A stretch of DNA of 64,000 nucleotides from positions 39,868,001 through 39,932,000 of the forward strand of contig NC_045696.1 in NCBI RefSeq assembly GCF_009834535.1, read 5' to 3'. This document shows positions 39,546-53,350 of the stretch, in pieces (the stretch's first letter is position 1; every line of letters begins with the position of its first letter). The translations under genes were made by a program, and so were the position numbers. The notes below the pieces were generated by a model, which worked only from the letters and a program-made list of their open reading frames with translations, did no database searches and was not told where the DNA came from. The stretch comes from Camelus ferus. Lineage: Eukaryota.

Positions 39546-42302
39546 AAAAGAATTGTGTGCAGTAAAGTCAAACACCTAAAGAAATGCCATAAACATTTTT
39601 GAGTGTTGTTATACAAGGTGTTTTAAAGGGAAGGGATTATATTTTTACAGGAAATACTTAGAGGCCAGAGTATTTTTTGAATATATTTTTTCTTCTAGGT
39701 TTACTATTGCTCCTCTATTCAAATTTATTAAATGATGAACTATCTTACTTAAGTGTGGTAGTGGGGAATTCAGCTCGAAAAGGTCAATACTGGAAATGGA
39801 AATTCTTCCTGGAAGCTGTGGCTCTACCACTCTTCCACTGGTTGGCAGGTGGATTTCAGAACTGTGTTTCCACAGGCTGCCTTTCACGATAGCTGGATGC
39901 TGTCCTGTACGAAGGGAGGACTCCACACTGTTGGTTTTTTGTTCCAAGGTGTATAAGGGTCCACCCACCATCCATAACAAAATTGCAACAGTGTACATTT
40001 TCAGATTTTTAGCAAGAAATACTGAAATGCTTACCTTTGAATCCAACTTCAGTAAAATAAAATAATTTTAGCAAATGAGTTAAGTTGTAAAACATTTATG
40101 TGGAATGTATTTCCCTTAGTGGCCTCATTCATTTCTTTAATGTTTATTGAGTCACCTAGTATGTTCATATGTATTTTAAGTCTTTAACCTCTACTTATGG
40201 AGTGAAAAGCTTTCTTTTGCTAATTATTTTCAGGCATGTGAAACTGAAGCAGAAACAGGCCTCGTTTTGAAGAGCAGCAAATCCAATGTCCTAACCCAAA
40301 TCAATAACCAGTAACTTCTTAGGAAGTTTGAGGATAAAAGAAGATGCTAAGAAAGAAGTTTATTGTTACTGAAAAGTTACCTGTTTCATCTAAACTAGGA
40401 CTAGATTTTACCAATGGTAGAACTTGATTATGTTCTCGCCTAAACAGCCACACAGGAATCAGTTTCCCTTTCTCCTTGTGGTGTCTGCACTCTGTGAGGC
40501 TATCAATTAGTCTCTTTCGATCTAATTAAGAAGCAGACTTGTGGCAAGAGAGCAATTAGAATAAAAAAATGGTTAATAAAACTCTAGGAGTGCTCCTTCT
40601 GACTCAAAGATTATGGTCTACACATTGAGTAATTGAGACTAAAGTCACTAGAAAAATTAATTAGGAGCAGTTTAAGAGTTCAGTAGACTCTGGCTGTTGG
40701 TTCTGCTTGCTCCCCCTCCACACTGACAGGAGTCTGACCTATTAAGTTCAGTGGAATTCTTGCTCACTCTGCACCATAGGATTGAGCCAGCCATTATATT
40801 GAAAGTGGGGCCTCCGTACACTTGGACTGAATGAATTCAGGACTGCCAACCATTGTCAGTTAGTAGCTGAATTGCAGAGATCTTGGCACAGGGGGTTTAA
40901 AAATATGCTCTGGCTAGTCCCCAAAGAACTACTTTGCTTTTAGAGTAATTTGAAAACACATTGAGTCAGAGCAAGGCCAAGTGTATGTTTGGCACAGGTT
41001 TATTTTACTATATTTATGTGTATATTTTCATATATCTGTATGACCTATCAGTACACCTAAGCTTTTAAATAGAAACGTAATATCCTTGAATGGAAGTAAT
41101 TGGAGGATAATCAATTTCCTCTGTAAGCTGGGACTATGATAAAGAAATGCATAAAGGTTCAAGAGTTGGCCAAGCTTGTAGAATGACTGTGCATTATTTA
41201 TCATCTATACTTCATATGTAACAGTTACCCATTTCTAAACTGAGTAGTAGCAAGGCAGGGATGCTTGCTTTGCTTCACATTGAACTATATAAGCTAATGA
41301 GTCTAAAACTCATTGCATACCAATGGGCAAGGCACAATCACTCCTAGTCTCCTCCTCACTTACAAATTGACGGGGGTTTGACCGTAAGATATATTTTACT
41401 CCCTAGTTCTTAATCTTCAAGAGACAATGAGAAGAAAACAAAGTGTGGAAACACAATTAATAATGAGACAACTTCACAGATTTTGTTCCTTACCCAAAGG
41501 CCATGTCTGTGAAGCTTTTTCATCAGCTCTAGAATCTCTCTTTGCTTAAGTTCAGCATTCCCATAATCAGGTCAGGAACCAGAAAGAATGGCACAAACTA
41601 GCTGGATTATAGTGCCATGATGATTCAGTGGCTTGTGAAGTCAGATCAAAGTTGCTGTGGAAATAGTTTCATTAGCATTCTGGCATGGTTAACTTTAGGG
41701 ACCATTCTTTGAATAAGCATGTTTTTGACACCAAGCAAGGTCTAGGGACAGAGATTATGATTCAATTCAAGGATTTTAATTTCTTTTCGGTCTCTCTGAC
41801 AAAAGGCCTCTGGCCTGGTCCAACATCATGACTGCACAGGCCACTTTTAATCTTTCTTGCTCTTACTTCCTCATTTATAAGATGAGGTTCTGTCTAAAGA
41901 CATTTACTGTTCTGATATTTTATCAGTTACAGAATATTTTGGCCCTAAGAGAGAACAAAATAGTTAACTCCTTCCTAAATGTTTTTGCAGAATTAATTGT
42001 ATGTTTTAATTTTTATTACAATAGACAAGCTGACATTTTTTACCTGTATGAAATTAATCGACCTAACATCTTCGGATCCTTCTTGCTCTTTTAAGCCTGC
42101 AACCGGATGCAGGCATTCCTTTGTGTATCACTTGCTTCCCAGTTTTATTAGGCCTCCTTAAAAACCCAGAAAAGTATCTGTTCTTAAACACTCTCTGAAT
42201 TCCTCTAGTTACATTAAAGAAGTCTTCTTTTTAAGATGCAAAGTTTTCTATAGCAAGCAGCAATGCTAGTCAGCACTGGGAAATTGCCAGAAAAGCTAAC
42301 CC

Positions 42303-42570
42303 TGTATTAGTTTGCTAGGGCTGCCATGACAAAATACCACAAACTGGGTGGCATAAACAATAAAAATTTATTGTCTCACAACCCTGGAGGCCAGAAGGCC
42401 AAGACCAAGGTGTCAACAGGACTGGTTCCTTTTGAGGGCTGTGAGGGAGAATCTATTCCATGCTTCCTAACTAGCTTCTGGTGGTTTGGTGGAAATCTGA
42501 CATTTCTTGGTTTGTAGAATCTCTACTCGATCTCTACCTTCATCTTTGCATGGTGTTCTCTATGTATGTA

Positions 42571-42630
<60 letters not shown>

Positions 42631-42821
42631 TATGTCCAAATATGTCCCTTTTATAAGGACATCAGTCATACTGGATTAGGGGCCACCATACTCCAGTATG
42701 ACCTAATTTTAACTAATTACATCTGCAATAATCCTATTTCCAAATAAGGTCACATTCTGTGGTACTGGGGGTTAAGACTTCAATATACGAATTTGGGGCA
42801 GACACAATTTACCCCATAATA
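42303..42821 (-). mobile_element. MaLR solo LTR (MLT1B/C-like)
   Basis: tgtattagtttgctagggctgccat...ccaaataaggtcacattctg...cacaatttaccccataata. Confidence 0.92.
42576..42629. repeat. (TG)~27 microsatellite inside the LTR, preceded by (TATG)n
   Basis: Directly visible; explains the CVCVCV ORF. Confidence 0.97.
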
Positions 42822-43789
42822 TACAGCTTCCAATATTCTCAGTGTGGGGAGAATTCTGCTAATGGTACTGGATTTGCACTTAGTACCAGGGCTCAGTTGC
42901 ATCAATAATGAACACCCATGGAAGGCTGTTGGCTAAATTATGAAGGAGTTTGCTTTCTGTTTTTCTGCTGCCTCCTTCTAGGTCCTTTTGTCTCTGGTGG
43001 GCCCTCCACTCTTAGTCCTTTCGCGTACTTCTCTTTCAGAATGGATATATAATTCACAGTATTAAATTTATGCCCCAGCCTTTGTTGCTTTGGGGAACAT
43101 TTCTGAACTCTCCTTGTTAATTATTACAGAATTTTAGAGTCTGGTTACCTTATTGGCTGGCAGCTTTATCAAACGTGCTTACAGAATAACAAGATATTAG
43201 ATTTTAAAATCATCAATTTTTCACTTTACACTCCTTATCTATACCAAATTCTTCACCTTCTTCATCAACAAAGTAACCACATTTTAACAAGCTCCTATTT
43301 CTGTGACCAGTTCTTTTTTTTTTTTTTTCTTGTTTGAGGAAGTCTTGTCTTTAAGTCTTGTCTCTCTTCATCACCAATACCCAACTTGTCAGCAGTCACT
43401 ATAATTTGTTCCTTTGACTTATCTCTCATTTCCACTACATCTAGAAGTTTCAGGCATTTATTTTAAGCACTTTACTTGGGGAAAATATTCCTAAATTTGC
43501 ATATTTACAGAAATATCTATAACCTATTTTTTTGTGATGGAGTAAGGAGGGGATGGGACCTAAGTTTGATCAAATCTGGACACTTCCCTAGATATTCTAT
43601 GTAGATTGTTTATTTAAATCTTACAATAACCCCATGAGGTATTCTTGCTTAAATTTATGAACAAAATAGAAACTAGCTAAAGTATTTGTTTGTGATCATT
43701 AACTAATAGCCAAGAAGGAAGGACCTCTGGAGTTCTTTCCATTTCAAGAAGGAATGCTGAATCTTTAATAACATCTTGAATGGTAACGA

Positions 43790-44520
43790 TAATGATGGCT
43801 GGTCTCATATTTATTGATCACTGACTCTGTACTAGGTACTAGCCCACAAGTGCTTTGCTTATTTTACGCGTTTTATCGTCACAACAACTCTTTGAGAAAG
43901 ACGCAAACCCTGTTTTTTTTCTAACTTGTGATATAACTGATACAATATCATATTAGTTTCAGGTATTCAACATAATAATTTGATACTTGTATATACTGCA
44001 AAATGATCACCACCACAGGTCTAGTCAGCATCCATCACCATATAGAGTTACATTTTTTTTCTTGTGATAAGAACTTTTCAGATCTATTCTCTTAGAAACT
44101 TCCAAATACACAGTACAGTATCGTTAACCATATTCCTCATGCTATGCTTTACGTCTCTAGACTTATTTAATTACTGTAAGTTTGTACTTTGTGACCACCT
44201 TCAACCATTCTGACCACCCCTTACCCCCTACTTCTGGCAACTACCAGTCTGTTCCCTGTATTTATGGGACTGTTTTTCTATTTTTTGGTTTTTTTCACAT
44301 ACAAGTGAGATCATATGGTATTTGTCTTTCTCTCTGACTTATTTCACTTAGCATAATGCCCTCAAGGTCCACAAACTTTGTTTTACAAGATGAGAAAATT
44401 GAGGCTGAGGAAAGGTTAAATAACTTGACCAAAGTTTCATGGCTAGGAGTTAGTAAAACCTATCCTGGAACCCTGCCAGCTTGAATTAAGTCCCTCCAGT
44501 TTTAACCACAGCACTTTATT
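43790..44520 (-). mobile_element. MIR interrupted by an L1 insertion
   Basis: The left half (tttattgatcactgactctgtactagg...tcacaacaactct) and right half (gatgagaaaattgaggctgagg...ttaaataacttgacc) are collinear once the L1 is removed. Confidence 0.8.
43917..44371 (-). mobile_element. L1 3' UTR fragment
   Basis: taagaacttttcagatcta, acaagtgagatcatatggtatttgtctttctc. TSD caaaccctgtttt (43904-43916) / caaactttgtttt (44372-44384). Confidence 0.9.
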
Positions 44521-45364
44521 TGAAAGTGAAAATATCACACATTACTTTTTACTCAGTCATCTTTTGCAAAAAGTCCTCAGCTCTCCTTATTAAAATTGCC
44601 ACATATAAATGCTGCACATCTCCCCTGGGTGTCTAGCTGAGTACTGGGCCCAAAGCTTTCGCTGAAGACATACTTTTAAGCAGCCATATGAATGTATCCC
44701 TTAAGTTTATAATAAATACAACTGGAAAAGTCATTATTGAACTCGGGGCAGGGAAGAACATTGAACAGATTATTAACAGATCTATGTTCTAGCCCTGTGT
44801 AACACCTGTGATACTAAGTTCCCTCATCCGTAAATTAAAAAGCTTGGTTTTAACGGTCTGAGTTCAAAATGGTTTTTAAATGCATAGCTACCCACCCCCC
44901 ATGCCCCATTTTGTAGTTCCAATCATGTTTTAATTATGTTGGAAAATATCTGCACTTCTGGTTAATAGCAAAGACTATATGGAATGTCAATTTCAACATA
45001 GTGGTTTGTTACCATGGTTTTTAGGAATGCAAATTATGTGTACCCAGGTTTTGGCTGACCCACATCTTTGTGGTGTATGTGTTTGTGTGTTTAGTATCAG
45101 TGGTCAGATGTAATCTAATCTGTGTATATTCCATCAGAAATACATATGTGTATCTTTGTTGAAGTGTCCTATCTTTCTCTTAACGTTTAATTTTTAATTC
45201 CAACCCTTAAAAAGAGACCAGCTAGTAGTTTTTAGGCATGAAAACTGGCAGCCAGTGAACCATAGTTCGATACTGGACATACAAACAGGCAGGCTTCCTG
45301 TAGATGTGGTAAAATATAGCTAACCCAATTTTATCCAGTGTTTAGTATTTTTTCAGACACGTTG

Positions 45365-45550
45365 TAATATTTACCTGTATTAGCTCCTTTAATCCTTATA
45401 ATAACCTTATGTGGTAGGTGCTATTAACCACTCCCTCTTGCATAAAGGGAACTGAGACAGAGAGGCCATATATCCTGCTCAAAGGCACACAGCAAACCCA
45501 GCATTTAAATCCATGTAGTCTCATTCCAAACCCAACCCACTAACCATTCC
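45365..45550 (-). mobile_element. MIR
   Basis: tttaatccttatataataaccttatgtggtagg-like segment followed by ggaactgagacagagag. Confidence 0.75.
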
Positions 45551-46279
45551 TTAAAATAGAAATGTGAACAACATCCCAACCAGTGATTTTTTAAATACAA
45601 AAAATTCTCTATTTAAATTGCCATGATTAAACAATAAAAGATGAATAAATCTTAAAACACCAGTTTGTAACAACAAAGTTGCAGTGGGTTATCCTCCTAA
45701 TCCTTAGCTCTTCTCAACTGCCACTTAATTTTCAGATTTGATCTTGGCCTCCATGGATTACTTTCTTTGAATATAATCTAATTTCCTAGTTTAGAATGCT
45801 CCCAGCTTCAATGTTTCCACAGATTCTCCAAGTATAAATTTTTATACAATTTTTCTGCACCCAAAGTTTTTAATATCCCCAGGGAATGAATCTTAATTGT
45901 GAGACACCTAAGGAATCAAAAAAAAGGCCTTCCTGAATTTTCCCTGCTCTTATCTGCAGCTAATGTGGGGTGAAGAGAAACACTCTCATTTCAATGAGTT
46001 CTATAGAAATTAAGTTGCTATATCAATAAATAAATGAATTTTCTTTGGTCTAGCTAGAAAGTCAAAGCATCTTGAGTATATATTTCATCCCAAGTAGGTC
46101 TTCAAATCAAAACTGAATGAGCAGGCAGTAACTTGGACTTATCTTTTGCAGAAATATTCAAATTATTGATGCAAAAAATAGATTTAAAGTTTAAAATGAA
46201 AGACTGACAATATTCATTCATTGCCCTCCAGTACATTACACATACTCAACTGCAAGGACAGAAAACCAATAAAAAAAAA

Positions 46280-48560
46280 AATCATGTCTCAATTTCATGT
46301 ATTTTGGCTCATTCAGGTTTATTCTTCTGTTAAATTGACTGTTCCTAGTCTTCATGCATTCTTCTAATGAGTTTTTCTTTTTATTGATTTGAGTTCTTTA
46401 TGTATTTTAGATACTAATTATTTGTTGATTCTAAGCACTATAAATATTTTACCCCAATCCATGTTTCGGCACTTCAATTTATTTATGGTGTCTTCTGCCA
46501 GAGAAAAGAATTAAACTTAGTAGTTAAATATATCCATCATTTCCTTCATGTTTTGGCTCTATGTGTCTTTTTTATTTTAATTGAGGTATAGTTGATTTAT
46601 AATATTATATGTTTTAAGTGTACAGCATAGTAATTCACAATTTTTAAAGGTTATTCTCCATTTGTAATATAAAATATTGTATATATATTTTGTAATATAA
46701 AATATAATATAAAATATAAAATATTGGCTATTTCTTTGGATATATACCCAGGAGTGGAATTGCTGGATCAAGTGGTAGTTCTACTTTCAGTTTTTTGAGG
46801 AGACTCCATACTGTTTTCCACAGTGGCTGCACCAGTTTATATTCTCACCAAAAGTGTACAAGGCTTCCCATATCTACACATCATCACCAACATTTATTAT
46901 TTGTTATCTTTTTGAGGATAGCCATTCTGACAGGTATAAGGTGATATCTCATTGTGGTTTTGATTTGCATTTCTCTGATGATTAACAATGTTGATATCTT
47001 TCAACGTGCCTCTTGGCCACCGGTATGTCTTCTTTGAAAAAAAAAATGCCTATTCAAGTCTTCTGCCCATTTTTTAATTGAGGTCTTTTTTTCTGACTAT
47101 TGAGTTGTAAGAACTTTTTATGTATTTTGGATATTAACCCCCTATTGTTCATCTCATTTGCAAATATTTTCTCCCATTTATTTGGTTGTCTTTTTGTCTT
47201 GTTGATTGTTTCCTTTGCCGTGTAAAAGCTTTTAAATTTAGTTAGGTCGCACTTGTTTATTTTTGCTTTTGTTTCCTTTGCCTTAAGAGAAAAATCCAAA
47301 AAATATTGCTATGATTTATGTCAAAGAGTATTCTGCCTATGTTCTCTTCTAGGAGTTTTATGGTTTGCGGTCTTTAGTCCATTTTGAGGTTTTTTTTTTT
47401 TTTTTTTTTTTTGAGTTTATTTTTGTATATGGCATTAGAAAATATTCCAATTTCATTCTTTTACAGGTAGCTGTCCAGTTTTTCTAGCACCACTTACTGA
47501 AGAGGACTGTCTTTTCTCCACTGTATATTCATGCCTCCTTTGTCATAGTTTAACTGACTGCAAGTGATTGGGTTTATTTCCTGGCACTGTATTCTGTTTG
47601 ACTCTCTGTGTCGATTAAATAATCCTTCACTAGTGCATGCCATGAAGATATCCTTTGATATCTCTTCAAAAATTTAAAATTTGGCTTTTCACATTTACCC
47701 TTTAAATAATCTATCATCTATTTTTTATAGATGGTATGATGTGAGGTGAATCTTATCTTTTTACCATATGTGTGTAATATTATCTTTTTACCATATGGGC
47801 ATCCAATCATCTCACACCTTTTATTGGATACCCCATTTTTCCCCCAACAACTAATAATACCCCTAATATTTTCCCAGCCTGTGTATACAAAGTAAGATTC
47901 TATGCTATATTATCCTCACTGTTCTTTTGGTCACTTCTTACATCAATACCACATTGTTTTAATTATGGCAAGTCTTGATGGTAAATCAGCTCTTATGTTT
48001 TAAGATTTTCTTTGTTGTTCTTGATTCTTGTTTCATATATAGTTTGTGATCAGCTTCTCACATTAAAACTCTATTTGAGAATTGGAATGGAATTATTTGA
48101 AATTTTAAAGACATATTCATATGTATATATGCAATATATGTGTCTGTATATATATATAAAAATAAAACATGTATGTACACATATGTACACATACACATTC
48201 TAGGAGCACTTCATTCTCATGATATTGACTCTTCTCATTCAGTAAGCTATCTCTTATAGATATCTCCATGATTCACAGTAAGCTTTTATATAATTTCTTC
48301 ATAAATTTTTTGCCCACATTGTATTATCTTTATTTACAGGTGCCTTATGTTTATTGTAAATATATCTTTTAAAATCACATTTTCTAAATGGTTCTGCCTT
48401 ATAGAAACACATTTAAATTTTACAGAACTTTGTATATTAATCCTATATTTGGCATGACTTTGCTAACTTTCTTATCAGTTTTAAAAGTCTGATGGTAAAA
48501 TTCACCAACATTTTTAATGTAGAAAGTAGAACAGTTTGCAAGTACTCCATTGAAAGAATA
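46280..48560 (-). mobile_element. Old L1ME-like ORF2 remnant (host of a younger L1)
   Basis: gagttctttatgtattttagatactaa, caataccacattgttttaattat, gatattgactcttctcattc. Collinear across the 46568-47596 insert. Confidence 0.7.
46568..47596 (-). mobile_element. L1 3' fragment with internal deletion
   Basis: Peptides KAKETKAKINKCDL and KWEKIFAN. Candidate TSD tttggctctatgtgtc (46552-46567) / tttgactctctgtgtc (47597-47612). Confidence 0.93.
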
Positions 48561-48682
48561 ATAAAACTATTCACTTTGGACTCCAAAGGAAAGTTTCTTA
48601 AGATTAGGTATTATCATTAGTTTTTACCACTAGTTAATTTTTTATTAGTTACCTTCTATCAGAAATTCTATTTCCCTATAGC

Positions 48683-48869
48683 CAGCGACACTCTGCTAAC
48701 TAAGAGGGAATAAGAATCACCTGGAGACCTTATTAAACCAGAGAGCTGGGCCCTAACCCTGGAGTTTCTGATTTAGTAGGTCTGTGGAGGAGCCTGAAGA
48801 CTTGCTTTTATAACAAGTTTATAGACGACGCTGACGCTGTTTATCAGGAGGCCACACTGAGTATCACTG
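48683..48869. mobile_element. MER5A hAT-Charlie element
   Basis: agaatcacctggag...gagtttctgatttagtaggtctg...taacaagtt...cacactgagtatcactg. Confidence 0.88.
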
Positions 48870-50189
48870 CCACTGCTCCATGTTAAACATTGGTCCCTAT
48901 CATTGTATATAAGGATATATAAAACCTTATATATGTACAAGTTGTATACTTACAGTGAAATGGTTTTTACGTGTTCCCAAACATGCCTATTTCAGTTTTA
49001 TTATGGTCCCCTGCATTTTCATGTGGTCCTTTATTGATGACTAATGACTGCAACAGTTTTATAAATATTTGCCCACCTTTTATAGTTGTTTTGTTGATTC
49101 TTTTTGTCTCTCACTACTCTTTGTTCATTGTATATTTCTCCCAATACTTTACTATAAAAATTTCAAACATATAAGAATTGAAATCATTTTACACTGAACA
49201 CCTGTATACCCATCACCTATATTCTACTATAACATTTTACTATACTTGATGTATACACATTTGTCTACCTAGCCATCTCTCTATCCATTTATCACCGCAC
49301 CTTATTTTTATGCTTTTATGTCCTTTTCCCCTACAGCTTTGAGTCTTACTTTTTCCTCTCTTTATTTAATCATCTTAATCATTTATTTCAGAATCTCTGT
49401 CAGATTGTTCTATTTTCTGCCATTAATGGGATTCAACATCTCCTGTTGTATGTGCTGTCTCATTTATGGTGGATTGTTTCCTCTTATAACTGCACTGTAA
49501 ATTCATTTTCCTTCTCTTGGGAATCCTGTGCAGCGCAGGTTGAAAGCACGTCCTATCAGAGAATTCTTGTGTTTTTTTTAATTCCATGACTCTTAGAAGT
49601 ATTGCTGTTATAAGAGCAATTTTTATGGTAATTTATTTTCCAAACCAGACAATGTTTGATACAGGCCTAATACAGAGCAATTTTTTTTTAGCCACTTAAA
49701 ACCCAGACTAAAGAAAACTTTCCTATAGTCTCCCTGTGTCAGTAGACTTTTCTTTTTAACCTTTTAATTGAGTACAGGCCCTTCAGGTTCCAACTTTATG
49801 TTGGGAGTCTTAGTTCCAATTCCTTGCTTTTCTGAGTCCCAGTGTCTCTGCTACTGTTTCAATCTGTGCTAAAACCCAAGGTTAGCACACCCCTAAGAGC
49901 AGATATGCCTCAGCTCATGGACTTGCTACTTATTTCTTTTTTTGCTCCCTGTCACTTCTGATTTCTCAATGCATTTAAAGAATGTCTGTTATTCTCTTTC
50001 ATGTTCTCTACTTCCTGTATTTTTGGCAAACAGAAATCTAACGTCTATTTTATTCACTACAATTTTATTTCTCTGTATATTCTGAGGAGGTGCCTATTTC
50101 TGTTTCTCATTTGTTTACCTATACTGATCAGTCTCATGTTCTTTTGTAGTTTTCTATCTGATATCATCTTTATTTTTTATTTTTTCTAT

Positions 50190-50330
50190 AACTTATTTAA
50201 AAAAAAACCTTATTGAAGTCAAACATAGACACATAAAAGTGTACACATCACCAGGGTACAGCTTATGAACTTTCACAAACTGATCATACCTATGAAGTAG
50301 CACTCATAAAAAAGAAGTTAGCCTTCATCA
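50190..50330 (-). mobile_element. Old L1MC/MD-like 3' end
   Basis: ttattgaagt...aaaagtgtacacatc...gtacagcttatgaactttcacaaactga. Confidence 0.7.
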
Positions 50331-50331
50331 A

Positions 50332-51222
50332 CTTTTTTAAAATCAAAGTATAGTTGATTTACAATATTGTGTTAGTTTCAGGTATATAGCAAAGTGATTC
50401 AGTTATATATTTTTTCAGATTCTTTTCTATTATAGATTATTATAAGATATTGAACATAGCTCCCTGTACTATACAGTAAATCCTTGTTGTTTATAATTTT
50501 TATATAGATTAATGTGTATCTGTTAATCCCATACTCCTAATTTATCCCTCCCCTACTTTTCCCTTTGGTAACTAAGTTTGTTTTCTATTTATTAGTCTGT
50601 TTCTGTCTGTAAATAAATTCATTAGTATTATTTTTTAGATTCCACATATAGATGATATCATATAATAGTTGTCTTTCTCTTTCTGACTTACTTCACTTAG
50701 TGTGATATTCTCTAGGTCCATCCATGTTGCTGCAAATAGCAATATTTCGTCCTTTTTTATAGCTGAATAATATTCCATTCATCTGTTGATGAACACAGCT
50801 TGCTTCTATGTCTTGGATACTGTAAACAGTGCTGCTATGAACACTGGGGTGCATGTATCTTTTCAAATTGATGTTTTCATCTTTTCTGGATATATGCCCA
50901 GGAGTAGGATTGCTGGATCATATGGTAGCTCTATTTTCAGTTTTTTAAGGAACCTCCATACTGTTTTCCATAGTGGCTGCACCAAATTACATTCCCACTA
51001 ACAGTGTAGGAGGGTTCCCTTTTCTCCACACCCTCTCGAAAATTTATTGTTTGTAGACTTTTGAATGATGGCCATTCTGATCAGTGTGAAGTGATACCTC
51101 ATTGTAGTTTTGATTTGCATTTCCCTGATAATTAGCAATGTTGAGCATCTTTTCATGTGCCTGTTAGTCATCTGTATGCCTTCTTTGGAGAAATGTCTAT
51201 TTAGATCTTCTGTCCATTTATT
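50332..51222 (-). mobile_element. L1 3' fragment (ORF2 C-terminus + 3' UTR)
   Basis: aagtatagttgatttacaatattgtgttagtttcagg...ggagtaggattgctggatcatatggtag...ggagaaatgtctatttag. Confidence 0.95.
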
Positions 51223-53159
51223 GTAAAATTATCTTTATTTAAAATTCACCAGTGGAATTTTATCTCCACTTTATATCTTTCTAAAGCTTACATGTTATTA
51301 TAACCGAAGAGAAATTATGAGCCAGGTGGAGTATATGTATAGGAAAATCCCTTAGCTTACTTGCTAGATAAATGGAATGTCTGTTTTCCCTCTGTAAATC
51401 ACAATGACTGATGCTTATGGCACAGCAAACACTCACAACCAAAGACTATTTTATTCTCCAAGCCATATTGGTACTTCTGTTCCCATCAGTTGTGTTATAG
51501 ACTTAGCAAAAGTCAGTTTTGTTGTTGCCTTATGTTACTTCATATTTTAATGTCATTTTAAATTATTTTATTTAAAATTTAAAAATTCATTCAGATATTT
51601 AACTGAAAGAAATATGAGTGGAAAATAGTTATTTCTATCAAAACTAAGTTCATTTCTCTAATTGAGGCATGATAATCTTGTGTTTCTAAATAAAATTTTC
51701 TTTTTAAATTAGGTGTAGATAAGAAATTTATAAATGATTGGGAAAATATTCTCAAAATCTTAACACTTATGCACCAATATTAATTTGCAAATGTGTTTAC
51801 ATTTTTACTTTACTCTAAAGAAGCCAAAATTGGAAATTACAGATTGTCATATTAGGGATGATGGTCTTCATGCAACATGGACTACCATGGAACACTCCAA
51901 TAAAAAATATTTACACATAATAAGCTAAAATATTATCTTCAAACAATGTATCATTTTAAAAAATTCCTCACATTAAATTTTTGACTAATTACTGGTCCTG
52001 ACTGCATAGGATAAGAGGATTTCTACTTCTTGATTTTGTTACTATTGCTACCCAAATTTCTCACTGTCTCAAGTGCTACTGAAATGTTTATATTCATTTA
52101 TTTGTATATATTTATGTTGAGTTGAAAACTGGTCCAAGTTGGTCCAAGTGAATAGACAGGAATCAATAAATCAGACTTCTTAAAATAAAATAAAATAAAA
52201 TTAAATAAAGTATTTAAAAACATTTAGCAAATTAAGATTAAAAAACCAAGGAATGTCAGTTAGTGTAGTGCATTCAGGTTGCCATGAGAGGTCTCTGACT
52301 ATTAGCATGCCCCAAACCTTGGGATAGAATCCTTGCCTATGGTCACTATGGTTTGTGCGACATGACTACACAATCCTTGGGAAAGCTGACTGGATCGGGG
52401 CTGAGGGTGGGGAACATGACTCAGAGACATAGGCAATAGACCTATAAAGGTGATTAGAGCCCCAGCAAATCTGTCCTGGTGTCTGGCACACTCAAACCGA
52501 TCCTCTAAGAAAAGAATAAGACCAAAGGAGAATAGCTCAGAAAAATAAAAGGTAATATAACCCAAGAAGGTAATGATAATCAGCTCTAATTAATAAAAGA
52601 TGTGAGACAGAGAAAAGGAGGTGTAGAGGCAGGTTAATTTATATGGAATAAAAACAAACAACCAGAGAAATAAGGAGGGTGGTGATGGTAGAATCCTAGG
52701 CACAGGAGTTGTATATTCTCACTGGCTTTCCAGAGATGCCCTCTGACTTCTCCAGCTTTTGTGGATCTCGAACTGTAAAGATGCAGTTGTAATCATTGGA
52801 ATGATGTCCTAGTTTTCCTTAAGGCCTTAGGTGACCAGGTTCTGTCCTTCCTTCTTCTTGTATCCCAACTATAAACTCCACCTGGAACCTGAGTATATGT
52901 GCTCCTTGCATGTTGAAAGAGCCTAACACAAGTGGAAAGGGGACTAATTTACAATTCTGCTATCTTTAACAGCTAACATTCTTGAAGGAAGGGACCATAT
53001 GTCTACCACATTTGGGCATGCTAATAAGGCAGCAGAATGAAAACAGCTTTAGTGAGTTTATCTCATTTAGAACCCTATCTTAGCCAAGAGGCTTACCAAT
53101 ATGTTGATATAACTTATCTCACATCTTTGCATGTGTATCATGTGAATTAAAGGCTGTAA

Positions 53160-53350
53160 AACATTGGACAGGGAGTCGTAATCAGAATTCAACCATGACA
53201 AGGAGTTGATGACTTTGGAAAAATCATCCAAAATCTCTCAGCCTCAGTTTATCTGTAGGCTCATGTGTTTTGACTTAAAGCTGCTGTAAAAATCAAATTA
53301 GATAATATATGTGAAGGTATTTTATAAATTTGATATGTCATACAAATACA
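53160..53350 (+). mobile_element. MIR
   Basis: attggacagggagtc...tgactttggaaaaatca...tctctcagcctcagttt. Confidence 0.7.
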
